Origin: Camelus ferus
Taxonomy: Eukaryota
Direction of reading: 5' to 3'
Assembly: GCF_009834535.1 (NCBI RefSeq)
Contig: NC_045696.1
Location: forward strand, 92,940,001-93,004,000
Length of the DNA stretch: 64,000 nt
This document shows positions 13,837-25,568 of this stretch, in pieces; positions within the stretch are counted from its first letter, which is position 1; every line of letters begins with the position of its first letter. The translations under genes were made by a program, and so were the position numbers. The notes beneath the pieces are model-generated. The model did no database searches. It was given only the letters and a program-made list of their open reading frames with translations, and had not been told where the DNA came from.

Positions 13837-14842
13837 GTAAACTGTGTATGACCAAGTGGTTAATTATGTGATTATTTGACTGTGTTTGCATTTCATCTGA
13901 AATGTCTTGAGTGTTCTGTGTATGTGTTTGTGTATGTGTGTGTGTGTCTGTAAATGAGCACTGCCCTCAGCTCCTCAGATACTGACTGACTTGCTGGCAG
14001 AGCACACACAGTTCCTTCTGGAGTGCAGTGCATCACCTATTTGCGAGGCATGAGTGCACACAATTGCAGACTGACACTGACAGTGCCAAATTGAGGTGCA
14101 AGGAACAATTTTGTTATTAATAGAAACATTGCTTAAGAGAACATCTTAACCTCCTGTCCTCATTTCTCCTCCACCGTGACCCTCATCTCTGCTGCACATC
14201 AGCCACCTGCTCCCTGGCCACGCGCTGACTCTTCCCTTGCTGCACCTCGGAAGCATGATTTTCAAATGTCTGCCGCCGCCGAGACCGCAGCCTTCTGTCT
14301 GTCCAGAACTTTAATTCCATTATTCCTGTTAACAGCTGCTCTTGGCCTTTGGTTTCTCCCGCCTGCCATCCCCATCTCTGTTCATGTCCTTCTTGGGAGT
14401 GGTCCCATCACTTCAGGCTCTTTGCCTCTCCCACTTGTTAAACTGTCCTTTCTGGACCTTGAGTGTCAGTGGGGAAACCATGCAGCTCTGCAGGATGCCA
14501 CCATAAACTCTTTGTCTCAAGTCTCAACTGACCTGCTCATGGTCCTACACTGCCATCCCAGCTCCATCTTGTCAGCCCTCTGTCCTGTTCTCCAAACTGG
14601 GGACTGTCAACCTCCTCTCTCCTCAAACATTTCTTCTCATCACTTTCTCGTCTTCAACAGACAGCACCGTGTCCCACTCCTCAGAAAGTAGGGGCTTCAG
14701 GTGGGACCATGTCACCCATCTCCATTGCCTCCAGCCTAACCCGAGCCACCATCATCTGTTGTCAGTTCTGCTGCAGTCACCTCCCTGCTCACTGGTCCCC
14801 CTGCGTCTGCTCTGTTCTCTCAGCAGCAAGAATAATTACCTT

Positions 14843-14959
14843 TACGTGACAATGAATATATGTACGTTCATGTATAACTGAAAAATTGTGCTCTACACTG
14901 GAATTTGACACAACATTGTAAAATGACTGTAACTCAATAAAAAAAGTGTTTAAAGAAAA
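14843..14959 (+). mobile_element. Young, extremely 5'-truncated L1 3' end with a 15-bp target-site duplication (TSD)
   Basis: AAGAATAATTACCTT at 14828-14842 and 14960-14974; the insert ends in aataaaaaaa plus an A-rich tail. Confidence 0.85.
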
Positions 14960-15049
14960 AAGAATAATTACCTTGACAGTATCAGAAAGCTTATCCTAAC
15001 TTCTCTTCTTTCCATTTTTCTTTTCAGTATTGTCTGCAGAAAGGCTCAC

Positions 15050-16070
15050 TTTCTGAACTTTTTATTTCGAAAAATTTCAAACCTCAGAAAAGTTGCAGGA
15101 ATAATAAAATGAACACCATATCTCCAGCACCTAGAGTCACCAGTTAACTTACTACATTTTGTTATATTTGCTTTCTCTCTCTTTCATGTGTATCTGTGTA
15201 TGTGTAAATATACATACACACACACAAATATACTTACACACATGAGAGGGAGAGATAAGCAGATGTAACAAAATTTAATTACACATGTATATAGATGCAT
15301 TTGTTTTTCTTTGGAGAGTCACTTGAGAGTAAGTTAACATCATGGCCCTTGATCCTTAAATACTTCAGCATTTATCTCTTTAGAACAAAGATGTTCTGCG
15401 TAAACACAATATAGTCATTACATTCATGACATTTAATATTGGTATGATTTTTTTTGCTTTTTTGTTTATTTAAATTTTTTTAACTCTTTTGATACTCAGA
15501 ACTTAATTCATCTTTTAAAATTTTAAAATTTTTGTTTTTCATACTATTTTGAAAGGTTACTTTTCACTTATTACAAAATACTGGCTATGTTCCCTGTGCT
15601 GTGCAATACCTCCTTGAACCTATCTTACACCCAGGAGTTAGTTGGTACAATAATATTATCTAATATAAAATCTATATTCAGTTTTCCCCTACATTAGGTT
15701 GTTCCTACATTATTTTTTTTTTCCTCTTTTTAGATTCAGGATCTAATTAAGGATCACACATTGCTTTTAGTTGTCAATTTCTCTTTGGCCTTTTAAAATG
15801 TAGAACAGTTCTCCAGCTTTTATTTGGTTTTCATGATACTGACATTTAAAAAAAATAGCCTTCAATTTGGATTTACCTGATTGCTTACTCATGATTGAGA
15901 CCAGGGTAAACGTGTTTGGCAGGAATACTGTGTGGGCATTGTGTGTCCTTCTCAGCGCACCAAATCAGAGGCCACGTTATGTCACTTTATCCCGGGATTG
16001 GTACCATTCCTTGGATGAGGGAATGTCTTCCAGATGTTTTTCATTGCATATGTATCTATCTTTGTAAATC
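15050..16070 (-). mobile_element. Old L1MC/ME 3' end with a nested younger L1 3' fragment (about 15445-15640)
   Basis: tttatttcgaaaaatttcaaacctcagaaaagttgcagga... is L1MC/ME-like; the nested piece has a T-rich tail plus ttacaaaatactggctatgttccctgtgctgt. Confidence 0.7.
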
Positions 16071-16177
16071 ACAGCCTGTGGGGTTAGAGTAATCTTTTAA
16101 ATGTATAAGAAGTATCTTTCTTTTGTAACTAAAATAAAAAGGCACCCTCCTTATCTTGGCCTATGAGGTTCTCTGTC

Positions 16178-16525
16178 TGGAGATTTTAACTTTTTTTTGA
16201 GCCATAGAACCCCTTTGGTGTCTGATGAGTCCTTTGGACCCCTTCTCAAAATAATGTTTTTAAATACACACAGTAAAATAGATAGGGCTACACAGGAAAT
16301 CAACTACATTGAAATTCACGTATCAACATATTGAAAACAATTTGTGATGTACGAGGACATGTGTCTACGAATGCAGTAAACAGCAGGATCTAGAGACGGG
16401 TCTAGTGACTATTAGGATTTTGAAGTTTGGATGAGTATAGGCGATACATGGAGATTTCTCCAGCGATCATAGTGTGGCCTGGAAGCGTCTGTGACTTCTG
16501 TCCGACACAGGATCATAGCACTAAT
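16178..16525. mobile_element. hAT-Charlie-type DNA transposon fragment (related piece at about 44372-44520)
   Basis: Terminal-like text ttaacttttttttgagccatagaacccctttgg...ggaccccttctcaaaataatgttttt; subfamily not assigned. Confidence 0.6.
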
Positions 16526-17439
16526 ATTTACTGTTTGTGCTGTAGTCAGAGGCTAATAAAAATACAGTTTTTTCCCCTATCTGGGAACTCTGAATTCTCA
16601 GCCTGTGATCTCTCACATTGTTCATATTCTGATGAAATAAGATTTTCTTCTTGCTCCTAATCAGAAAATTGATTGTCATCTTTAGTTTTCCCCTTTTCTC
16701 TACTCTCCCCATCTCCTCACTTATCATCTCCTGGACATTCTGTCTCCCGTATCTCTTCCCAGTCTTGCTTCACCACCCTGTTGCATCCTTCTAGCCCATA
16801 GTCTAGGTTACCGTCTGGTGAAGCAGACACTGCTACCTCAGGTTTACAGATGAGACACCTGAAGCACAGGGTTACACCACCTGCCCGAGTCCAGCACAGG
16901 AGCCAAGTGTTGAAGCAGCAAGTTATTCTTCAAGCCTGTGACATCCTAACTTCCTTTTAAATTAAGCCTCTTAAATTCCTTAAGAACAGAATTCATATTT
17001 GTTATTGCCCCCCAAAATCCAAGATCCCCAATGGCAACAGTTTTACCATGGGGTTCTATGCTAAGGAAAGACTTTTAGCATAAAAGAATTAGCTGAAAAT
17101 GAGTATAATTTAACTGTGGTTTACTTAGTAAACAAAAAAAAATGTGTATCCTCCTGTCTCAAAATGTTTTTCCATCATACCTCTGGCTCTTATTCCCTGA
17201 AGCTCCCCCTGAAACTGTCTTCTCCTTACTTTCCAAGCTTCTGAAAATGTTTTCCCGGACTTCATGACTCTCTTTTCTGGGTACTTTAGGAGGTTATTCC
17301 TTCATTGCACATTATCCAGAACTGGCGCGGTGAAGGAACGCTGACAGATGACCAACAAAGTGGGACCCCTCCCCTTAGACTAGAGGGGATGCGGGGTAGG
17401 CAGGAGGTCGGCAGGGGGAGAGGAGCCAAACACATTTTT

Positions 17440-18010
17440 TCTTTAGATTACTTTTTAATCTTTTAATTTTTAAATACTTTGAAATTTACATCATAGTACA
17501 CAATTGATTTAACCACATTAAAGTGCGCAAATCAAATGTGAATGATGTGATTAATTATTTTGTAACCCAGAGCAAGACAGAACATATCCAGAACCCCCAG
17601 AAGGCTTCCATCTGCCCTCCTAGTCGATACCTACTCCTAACCCCCCACCCTCTTTGAAAACCAGCCCCTGTCATGATAGATTAATTCAATCTATGCTCAA
17701 ACTTCCTCTAAATGGACTCTGACAGTATGTACTCTTTCTGTGTCTGGCTTGTTCAACATCATGTCTGTGCAGCAGAACTTTGTTACTTCTTCATTGTTGT
17801 GTAGTACTCATTAAATAAATATTCCAAAATTTATCCGTCCTACTCTTGATAGACATTTAGGTTGTTTCAGTGTGTGACTATTATGAATTCACCTCCTCTG
17901 AGCATTTGTGCACAGACAGAAGCTCTCATTTCCGCTGGATATATACCCTGAACTAGAGTTGTAAGTTCGTCAGGGGACATTTATATAGCATTAGTAGACA
18001 TTGGCAAATA
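17440..18010 (-). mobile_element. Old L1ME-type 3' fragment
   Basis: Antisense L1 3' text (cagtatgtactc...tgtctggctt...gatagacatttaggttgttt). Confidence 0.7.
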
Positions 18011-18194
18011 AAAATGTATTCTTTTTTTCTGTCTCATCTATCTGAACCTGTTGTACCTAGTACAATTTCTCTTTCTTAGTAAGCACCTAATTAAATGGGT
18101 TGCAGTTGATATGTGGACATTTTGGCCAATACTTTAAAATTAACATGGGCAGAGACGTATCAGTTGTAGTAATATTCTCTCTTTATTCATATAG

Positions 18195-18279
18195 ATCATT
18201 GATCCTTTTGTTGAAGTTGAAATTATCGGATTGCCAGTAGATTGTTGTAAAGATCAGACTCGTGTGGTAGATGACAATG
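18195..18279 (+). CDS. PLCH1: PLCH1 C2 exon (IIDPFVEVEIIGLPVDCCKDQTRVVDDN)
   Basis: TAG/GTAAG boundaries; 85 nt, phase 0/1; DPFVEVEI motif. Confidence 0.97.
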
Positions 18280-20216
18280 GTAAGATTATAATCTGTGTTC
18301 CCTTTTAATAAGGATGCTCTAGAAATAAAATCTGCACTGAAAAAAGGTGTCTACACGGGAGAGAAACAAATCTCTAAAATCTGTAGCTGCCATTTGAGTT
18401 TTGTTAAGATTTTCGACACATCACCCTAAGTAAATGTGGAATTGATGCATTGTACATTTTGATGGATGTTGTAATCTAGCCTCTCAAGACTTTTGCTTTT
18501 GAAGCAAATATTTTTTTCCAGTGAAATGAATGGGTAATATTTACACACCTGGGTTAAGGATTCATGCAGGAAATGACTCTCGTTATATTTTTATGTTGTT
18601 TTCATGACACGAGTAGCCTCAGAGTTCTCATTTGTGAAGCCCACATCCTGATGAGCTCTCATCCTCTCTGAGCGTGCAGAGCTCTAAAGGCGAGTGCGGC
18701 ATGCTCTGGCAAGTTTGCTTCTTGATGACGTACTTGTGGTGGATGGGCGCGTTCTCCTTGTGTTTTGGCCGTAATGTAAAGAAAGCTTTCTTTACTCAAG
18801 CCTCGTGTTTTTCTCTTAGTAATCTTCTAAAGTTGTATGCATTCATACATTTACAAACATTATTTTGCATGCCAGTTTTTCTCAATCCTCTAGTCATTAA
18901 TACTCTAAAGAAAATCTAAACCATAATCCTCAAAATGTTTGGGAAATTAGAGTTTTTGTAGAGAGAACTTAAGAGGAGTTTAAGGAAAGGAATTTGGGGG
19001 TTCAAGAGCACAAACCTATTACTTAGGAAATAACATACTTAAAGTGAGCAAACTTCCCATACTGTATATTCCGGCCAATGCTCAATAATTTTTTTCTTTT
19101 TGGTCTTAGAGGTAATTGAGATGCCATCATTAACCCAACAAAAAGTATCTCTTCTCTTATTCAGGAGGGACATCTCAATGATTTTCAGTCCGGAATTCAT
19201 TAGCTGAGACATTTAATAGGGTTAAGTGGCTGATACCTCTGGAATGCATAGACTTAATGATACTAATTTTCATTTTTAGAAAAGAAAAGCAAGCTTACAG
19301 AATACTTGAATTTTTATCAGTTTATATAATTATTTATTCTGAGTTTTATCAAGAAATAAATAAATGTTTGCCTTTTAGAATTTGAGTTGGATTATAAACC
19401 TTTCCTCTTTATTTTCAATAGCTATGAAGATAGATCACCTTTTGTGTATTAACGTCTTGCTTCATGAGAAGCCACTGGAAATCAATAGTGCCTGGTCTCA
19501 TTTGGCTCGGTCACTAGTTGTATGACACTAGGCACAGTATTTTCTCTGAACATCAATTTTCTCAACTATAAAGCAAAAATTATATTTCCTACTTTTAAAA
19601 ACTGAGCATGAGTTACCTATGTAATTTTTAAAAGTTATATATTTTTGAAAGTCAGTAATATATATATTAATTAGAAAAAAAAAAAAAAAAACTCCTGCCC
19701 TGCCACCCTTAGAGGATTGCCATAAGCATTAGATAGGATGTTCTATGTACAATAGCACTGAAACCTTACAAAACACTTGCTGGTGGTCATTGCAGCAGCA
19801 GGATCTTGGGTGGGTGAGAAGCATCACTCTATTTGGGTGGGGTGGGGGTGGGGGAGAGAAATTCTTTGTTTTTGCTAAAACATTATTCTTAGATCACTAC
19901 TGTAGATAATTTTTTGAGCTTATTGAAACATGCTGAATATTGTCTAAAAGAGCTTCCTCTACAATGCAATTTGGCATTAAAGATTATCAGAATTGATATA
20001 ACAATTTACAGGCAATTTTCTTCCCAATTATTTTCAAGCAATGGGGTGAATTCCAAGGCTGTATTTCAGTAAGGCATCCCAGGGTGGCTTGGCCGTCTTC
20101 ACGAGTTTAATAACCATTGTGAGCAATTTTCACTGTCTGTTTTGCAGATGTTACTGCTAAATCATTTTTAGCCAAGCCCTTTGCTTTTCTAATTTTTCTT
20201 TTCCTATTTCTCTGAG

Positions 20217-20363
20217 GCTTTAACCCTATGTGGGAAGAAACGCTGACATTTACAGTACACATGCCAGAAATAGCTTTGGTTCGGTTCCTTGTGTGGGATC
20301 ACGATCCTATTGGAAGAGACTTTGTTGGGCAAAGAACTGTGACCTTCAGCAGCTTAGTGCCTG
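20217..20363 (+). CDS. PLCH1: PLCH1 C2 exon (GFNPMWEETLTFTVHMPEIALVRFLVWDHDPIGRDFVGQRTVTFSSLVP)
   Basis: 147 nt, phase 1/1; long pyrimidine tract ending in a rare GAG acceptor; GTAAGT donor. Confidence 0.96.
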
Positions 20364-20617
20364 GTAAGTATGGGGTGGGGGTGCTTTTCTTTCTAGACTG
20401 ACCATTTCTTTTTCTTTGGAAGAGTTAAAATCTGATATGTGATATACAGGCTATGTGGCATATATGATGTATAAAACATATGTCCTGTGATAATGAGATT
20501 GTTAACATACTTTGTGAAATGTAAAGAACTAAAGTCAGATATTTAATTTTGTTGCACCAATGGGAAAGTCAAATGCAAGTTCAACTAAAAGGTAACTACT
20601 CTCTCTACTTTTATCAG

Positions 20618-20697
20618 GCTACCGGCATGTCTATTTGGAAGGACTGACGGAAGCATCCATATTTGTCCACATAACCATCAATGAAATCTACGGAAAG
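20618..20697 (+). CDS. PLCH1: PLCH1 exon (GYRHVYLEGLTEASIFVHITINEIYGK)
   Basis: CAG/GTGAGA boundaries; 80 nt, phase 1/0; PLC C2-end motif GYRH. Confidence 0.97.
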
Positions 20698-22230
20698 GTG
20701 AGAAAGATCACAAGGCTTAAAGCCACATGCGACAATAATATGGTCCTTCACAAAGTTTTCTTTAACTAATTGCATAAAAGGAATGTATAGCTCGACAAGC
20801 TGTTCTTTAACAGAAAACTCTAGGGAAACCCAGCCCACTCTGCTCCGTGTGCTCTCCTGCCTCCAGGTCCCCATCCATGCATGCTCCTTTCTCTCTTTAG
20901 GGATGTGTACTCATTCCTTCCACCTAGAGGCCCTCTCTGGGCTTAACAGAATTGAGAAAACTATGATGCTCTCAGGTGATCATTTGTTTGACTAAAACGG
21001 TAAAGACAGAGTTACATATTTGAATTTTATTTTCATCCTTAAAGAGACCCAGCTGGCTGCAGTGGGAAATGCAGTCTCAAATGTTTGAACTGCCTGTACT
21101 AACGTGGGCTGTGATCCCAGCCGGTTCTAGGCAGGATGCATTCGTGTAGTGCCGAGGTATTTAACTGAAAATCTAAAACTCATGAATGGATTTAAAGCCA
21201 CCTACCGGACTTAAGAGACCAGAAAAGTGTATTGTAGCTCTCTCCTGATGCTGAGTTCTTCATCACAGAACTCACTTGTGGTTTATAAATCAATAGGATG
21301 TCCTCTGGCAAGGGGGGACGTGTCCAAGGGGACGTGGCCCCTGGAATCAATTTTTAGGACTAGATGTGATTTGGAGGGACTGTAACTTTGAGGCGGGTTC
21401 AGGAATGTCCAATGCTCTTTATCAGAAAGTCTCCATAGCCTGGAGCTTCCCCTCCAGAGGTACATACATTCTCTAGGCCTCACCTTCCGTATCTCTACCT
21501 GTGGGGCGGAAATAATACCTACTTCGTAAACAAATATGTTATCCTTAAAAGGCTGCCTGGCACATAGTAAATGCTCAAAAATGTTGGCTAATATTAATAT
21601 TATTAAGGCTACAATCCAGCTGGTAGGGAGTGAGCCAATTCAGCCTGATATAGGAAGTACATGTTTATCCTTAACATCCCTCAGTTGGGAGAGGTGAGGT
21701 GCTAAGGATCCTAATTTCTAAGAGTGATGAAGTTTTATACCATGACTTTCTGTGTTTGGCCCTGGGTTGTTTGTGCTGCTTGTTGGGATCTCCCCTCTGG
21801 CCTGAACACACACAAATGTAAATGATTGAAAAGTGATTCTTGAATTTCTAGGAATTCCAAGCTAACTAAGCAGCCTCTCTAGCATTTATCATGCTCGAGG
21901 GAAATAATAAAATTCAGAGTTTGTTTAAAACTTGAGCCAGAAATAACATATGAGAAATATAATGTTCTATAGGAATTGTGTGTTCTATTAAATGTCTGCG
22001 TGGAAGTTGTACTATTAATTACTTTCAAGATGTGTTTGGGTTGAGATGCATAGACCACAGCGTGGTGGTGGTGAGTCGAGCAATGAATGAACCTATGTCC
22101 AAAAATCACCAATAGTGGGAGAAAGAGTTTATAGAACATATGTGGGTTTTTTTCCTTCTGTTTTTACTTGTGCAACCTTCTTGAATGAGCCCAAATTGTG
22201 TTTTGTTGTGCTTTTTTTCCCCCCTTGCAG

Positions 22231-22290
22231 TGGAGCCCTTTAATACTCAACCCCAGTTACACTATATTGCACTTTCTAGGAGCTACAAAG
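22231..22290 (+). CDS. PLCH1: PLCH1 60-nt symmetric (probably cassette) exon, WSPLILNPSYTILHFLGATK
   Basis: Strong pyrimidine tract + CAG and GTAGTC donor; phase 0/0. Peptide matches the long human isoform as I recall it. Confidence 0.85.
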
Positions 22291-22724
22291 GTAGTCTCAG
22301 CATGGTGCTTTGTTCTTGCTGGTGTCTTTCTCTTTGACTGGTCATGGCGGCATGCTCTCACCTTGCTCCATTTTCCTGCTTACCACTTCAAAACATGCCT
22401 CTGTTGCTTTAAGACGGCTGAAGTTCATAACAGTCTGCTAACTGTGGACACTTTTCCTACCATCTTGTCATCTTTGGGCAAGAAACTTCCCGGAAATCCT
22501 GGTTGTGAACATGGGAGGCTGCCTTCCTCACAAAATCAGGTTGACGAATGGTGCATGACGTTGTGCAAACATGCTGCGAGCACCTGTTTGCTTGGTTTGA
22601 ATATCCTTCAGTGGCTGTGAGGTTTTGTTTCATATCCATTTTTCACGGAGCTGTCATTCTAAAAGGCAAGCGGTTGAGACAATGGCATTTGCTTAACTTG
22701 TGGTTGGTCCTTTTGTATCTTCAG

Positions 22725-23079
22725 AACAGACAGCTCCAAGGTCTAAAGGGGCTGTTCAATAAGAACCCCAGGCACTGTTCTTCAGAAAGCAGCTCCCATT
22801 ACGTTCGGAAGCGATCAATTGGAGATAAGATTCTGCGACGCACAGCTAGTGCTCCAGCCAAAGGAAGGAAAAAGAGCAAAACGGGCTTCCAAGAGATGGT
22901 AGAGATAAAGGATTCTGTGTCTGAGGCTGCAAGAGATCAGGACGGTGTCCTGAGAAGGACCACAGGGAGTCTGCAAGCGCGCCCTGTGTCCATGCCTGTT
23001 GACAGAAGTCTTCTGGGGGCTTTGTCGCTGCCTGTCTCTGAAACAGCAAAAGACACCGAAGGAAACGAGAAAGCTCTGG
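22725..23079 (+). CDS. PLCH1: PLCH1 exon (NRQLQGLKGLFNKNPRH...ETAKDTEGNEKAL)
   Basis: CAG/GTAAG boundaries; 355 nt, phase 0/1; lies within ORF 22548..23138. Confidence 0.95.
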
Positions 23080-25246
23080 GTAAGATGTTTGAAGTTTCTC
23101 TAAGAATATACCCCTCTAAGCCACATTTTGGTCCCTGATTACCATCATGACATGGTTGACAGTTGGTAGTCAAAGTAAAATATACTGAAAAATCAGTAAT
23201 TTGTAATGTTAACTTTCAGACCAGATTTTAGCCTTTGGAAGGAAAGTGGTAGAAGAGCTATTTCCTAGTCTCCTAAAACCTCAAAATACCACTGACATCT
23301 GAAACTGACAGTGAGGGATAAGGGAAACTGGCAGTGCGAGACCAGGTGTAATGGCGTGGAGCCTACGGGTCTGTGGGGTACAGAAGACGGAGGGAGAGAC
23401 CTGCAGATACCAGTGGAGATCATGGTTGTCTACGTGGGCACCATTCTTACTGATTGTTCTGAGGTTGTTTAGAATTATATTGACTTTTCTGAAGTTGAAT
23501 CTAGTTATATTCTTTCCCACCACATAACATGTTTCCACAATTGAAAATGTTGATGGAGAAAGAGGAAAAGCCAGATGTTAAAAGTAAGCCATCTTCTTCA
23601 CTTGAGAAAGCTTGGCTTCCTCAGGAAGTAACTTATTCAGTGTTTTCCTGTGGCCGCCTTTCCCTGAGCCCTGAATGTTGGCAGGGAAAGAAGCCTGTCT
23701 GCAGCTCCTGTCCAGTTGTAACTCCTCAAGCATAGGGACCAGGCGTTACCCATCTTTTCCCCTAACTTGAACATAATGCTTCACTCATATCAAGCACTTG
23801 ATCACGAGTGATGCCTGCTTTACAGTGTACCAAGGAGCTCTTGCCTTGTGTCTTAACTCCTTCCCCCCACCATATTTTAGTTAATTTGGGTATCAGAACT
23901 GTGTCCATTAGATGTCTCTGCAACAAATAAGTTTTAATTAAATCAAAATCATCTCAGACAGTAGAACATGATACTTTGTATTTCTTTTAGCAGAATTCTT
24001 TCATCATACAATCTAATTTCAATGATCTACTTTCTCACAAAGTCCTGTTGGCTTGTATTGATTTTTATTGTAAGATAGTCTAGGGAAACAAACCAATTTC
24101 TGAATGGTTTGTTTGAAGGAGAAAAAGGGAGTTTAGAAGTTTGAAATTTTGCTAACAGCAGTATCAGAGAAGAAATGAAATATGTGCTTTAGAATTTCTT
24201 TCAAAACTCCATTTTGGGGAAAAATAAACTATTTTATAAATATATAATTATAAGAAACTCCATTTTGGGGGAAAATGAAGCAATAGAAATTGGTAATAAT
24301 TAATATAATTAATCCTGTTAATGCCACAATTAAAATGTTAATATCTTTAAGATGAGTTAGAGAGCAATAGTTGGTATTTCCTTCCTCCTCTTAAAAAGGT
24401 TACATAAGTTAGTTATTCATCTACATAGTATAATATATTTAATAATACATAAATGAATATATACCTATAAAACTTGTGGTAAATATGGAGCAGTACATAA
24501 CCATGCAATGATTCAAGTTATCATGTAGAAAAAATGTTAAGTGCAGGAAATTCAGAATACAGATTTCTTTTCATAATCCCATCCCTCTACAAAAGCTTAC
24601 AGCAGCTATCTCTGAGAACATCATATAGTATTTATATTTTCCCTTAAAACTCTTGGGTTTATCAAATTTTTATGATGAATTTTTTTTAGTTAGGAAAATA
24701 TTTAATAAGCTAAACATATTCTTCTTGATTTTCGTAACTGAAACATAAAAATATTAAAATAATCTGATTAAGAATACTTGAGCATCTAATATTGTCTTCG
24801 CACTACACTAAACATGATGGGGTGCCCCAAGTTACTTTGAATTGTGTATTTTTTTTATAGTTTTCCTTACTGTGCCTGATAGCTTACTGCCTCTTTCAGG
24901 GGAGGATGCAAATGAAGGTTTTATTTTAAAACCAAAAAAGGTGATTAATGGAAAATTAGATATTAGCAATGGCATAGAATTGGTGACCAGTTTTTTATTT
25001 ATACATTTTAAAGTCAACAGATACTGACATTTTAATGGATTTAGTGCACCTTCCAATTTGTTTTAGAAATTAACTGGTTAAATTAAGTCTTTTGCCAACA
25101 TGTTTTTTAAAGTGATATGATTTGTGTGTTTTTTTAACTAATACGTGTATAACTTTGAAAGCTTACAGTATCTTGCTTACAGGTACCACAATCCTTTGTT
25201 TAACAGAGCTGTCTTGTTCTGTTTTTATTGCCATGCTTCTGTGTAG

Positions 25247-25257
25247 TACAAATCTGA
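25247..25257 (+). CDS. PLCH1: Alternative PLCH1 C-terminus (V)QI-stop within a 28-nt exon, 25247-25274
   Basis: tgtgtag|TA CAA ATC TGA is phase-1 compatible with the 23079 donor; donor AAG|gtaatc at 25274/5. Matches my recollection of the short PLC-eta1 isoform ending in VQI. Confidence 0.75.
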
Positions 25258-25568
25258 ATAGGAAACAACATAAGGTAATCTTCACTGTAAAAATATGGCA
25301 ACTCATTGACATTTTTTTGACAATGGATATTACATCCTTAGCTGATGTAATAGCTATTCAAAGGGAAGGTTCAGTGAAATTACTATATATTTTACCATTT
25401 ATCCATCACACAGACACTTTGTTGCAAATCTACACAATCCATAATTATATTTTGTCACGATGTAACAAATTTACATTCTTCATTTGTCTGTCTGAAGACA
25501 AACGTGAGTGTTGGCAGGTCCTACGTAAAATGCTGCATGTCACTTAAAATGTTGTTTGTTTTATTCAG

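Noticed and set aside
14176..14691. 171-aa intronic ORF
   Set aside because: Pyrimidine-rich old-repeat-like (L2) sequence; non-ATG start; no homology recognised.
25122..25547. 141-aa ORF before the last exon
   Set aside because: Intronic, non-ATG start, and not in frame with any supported splice path.
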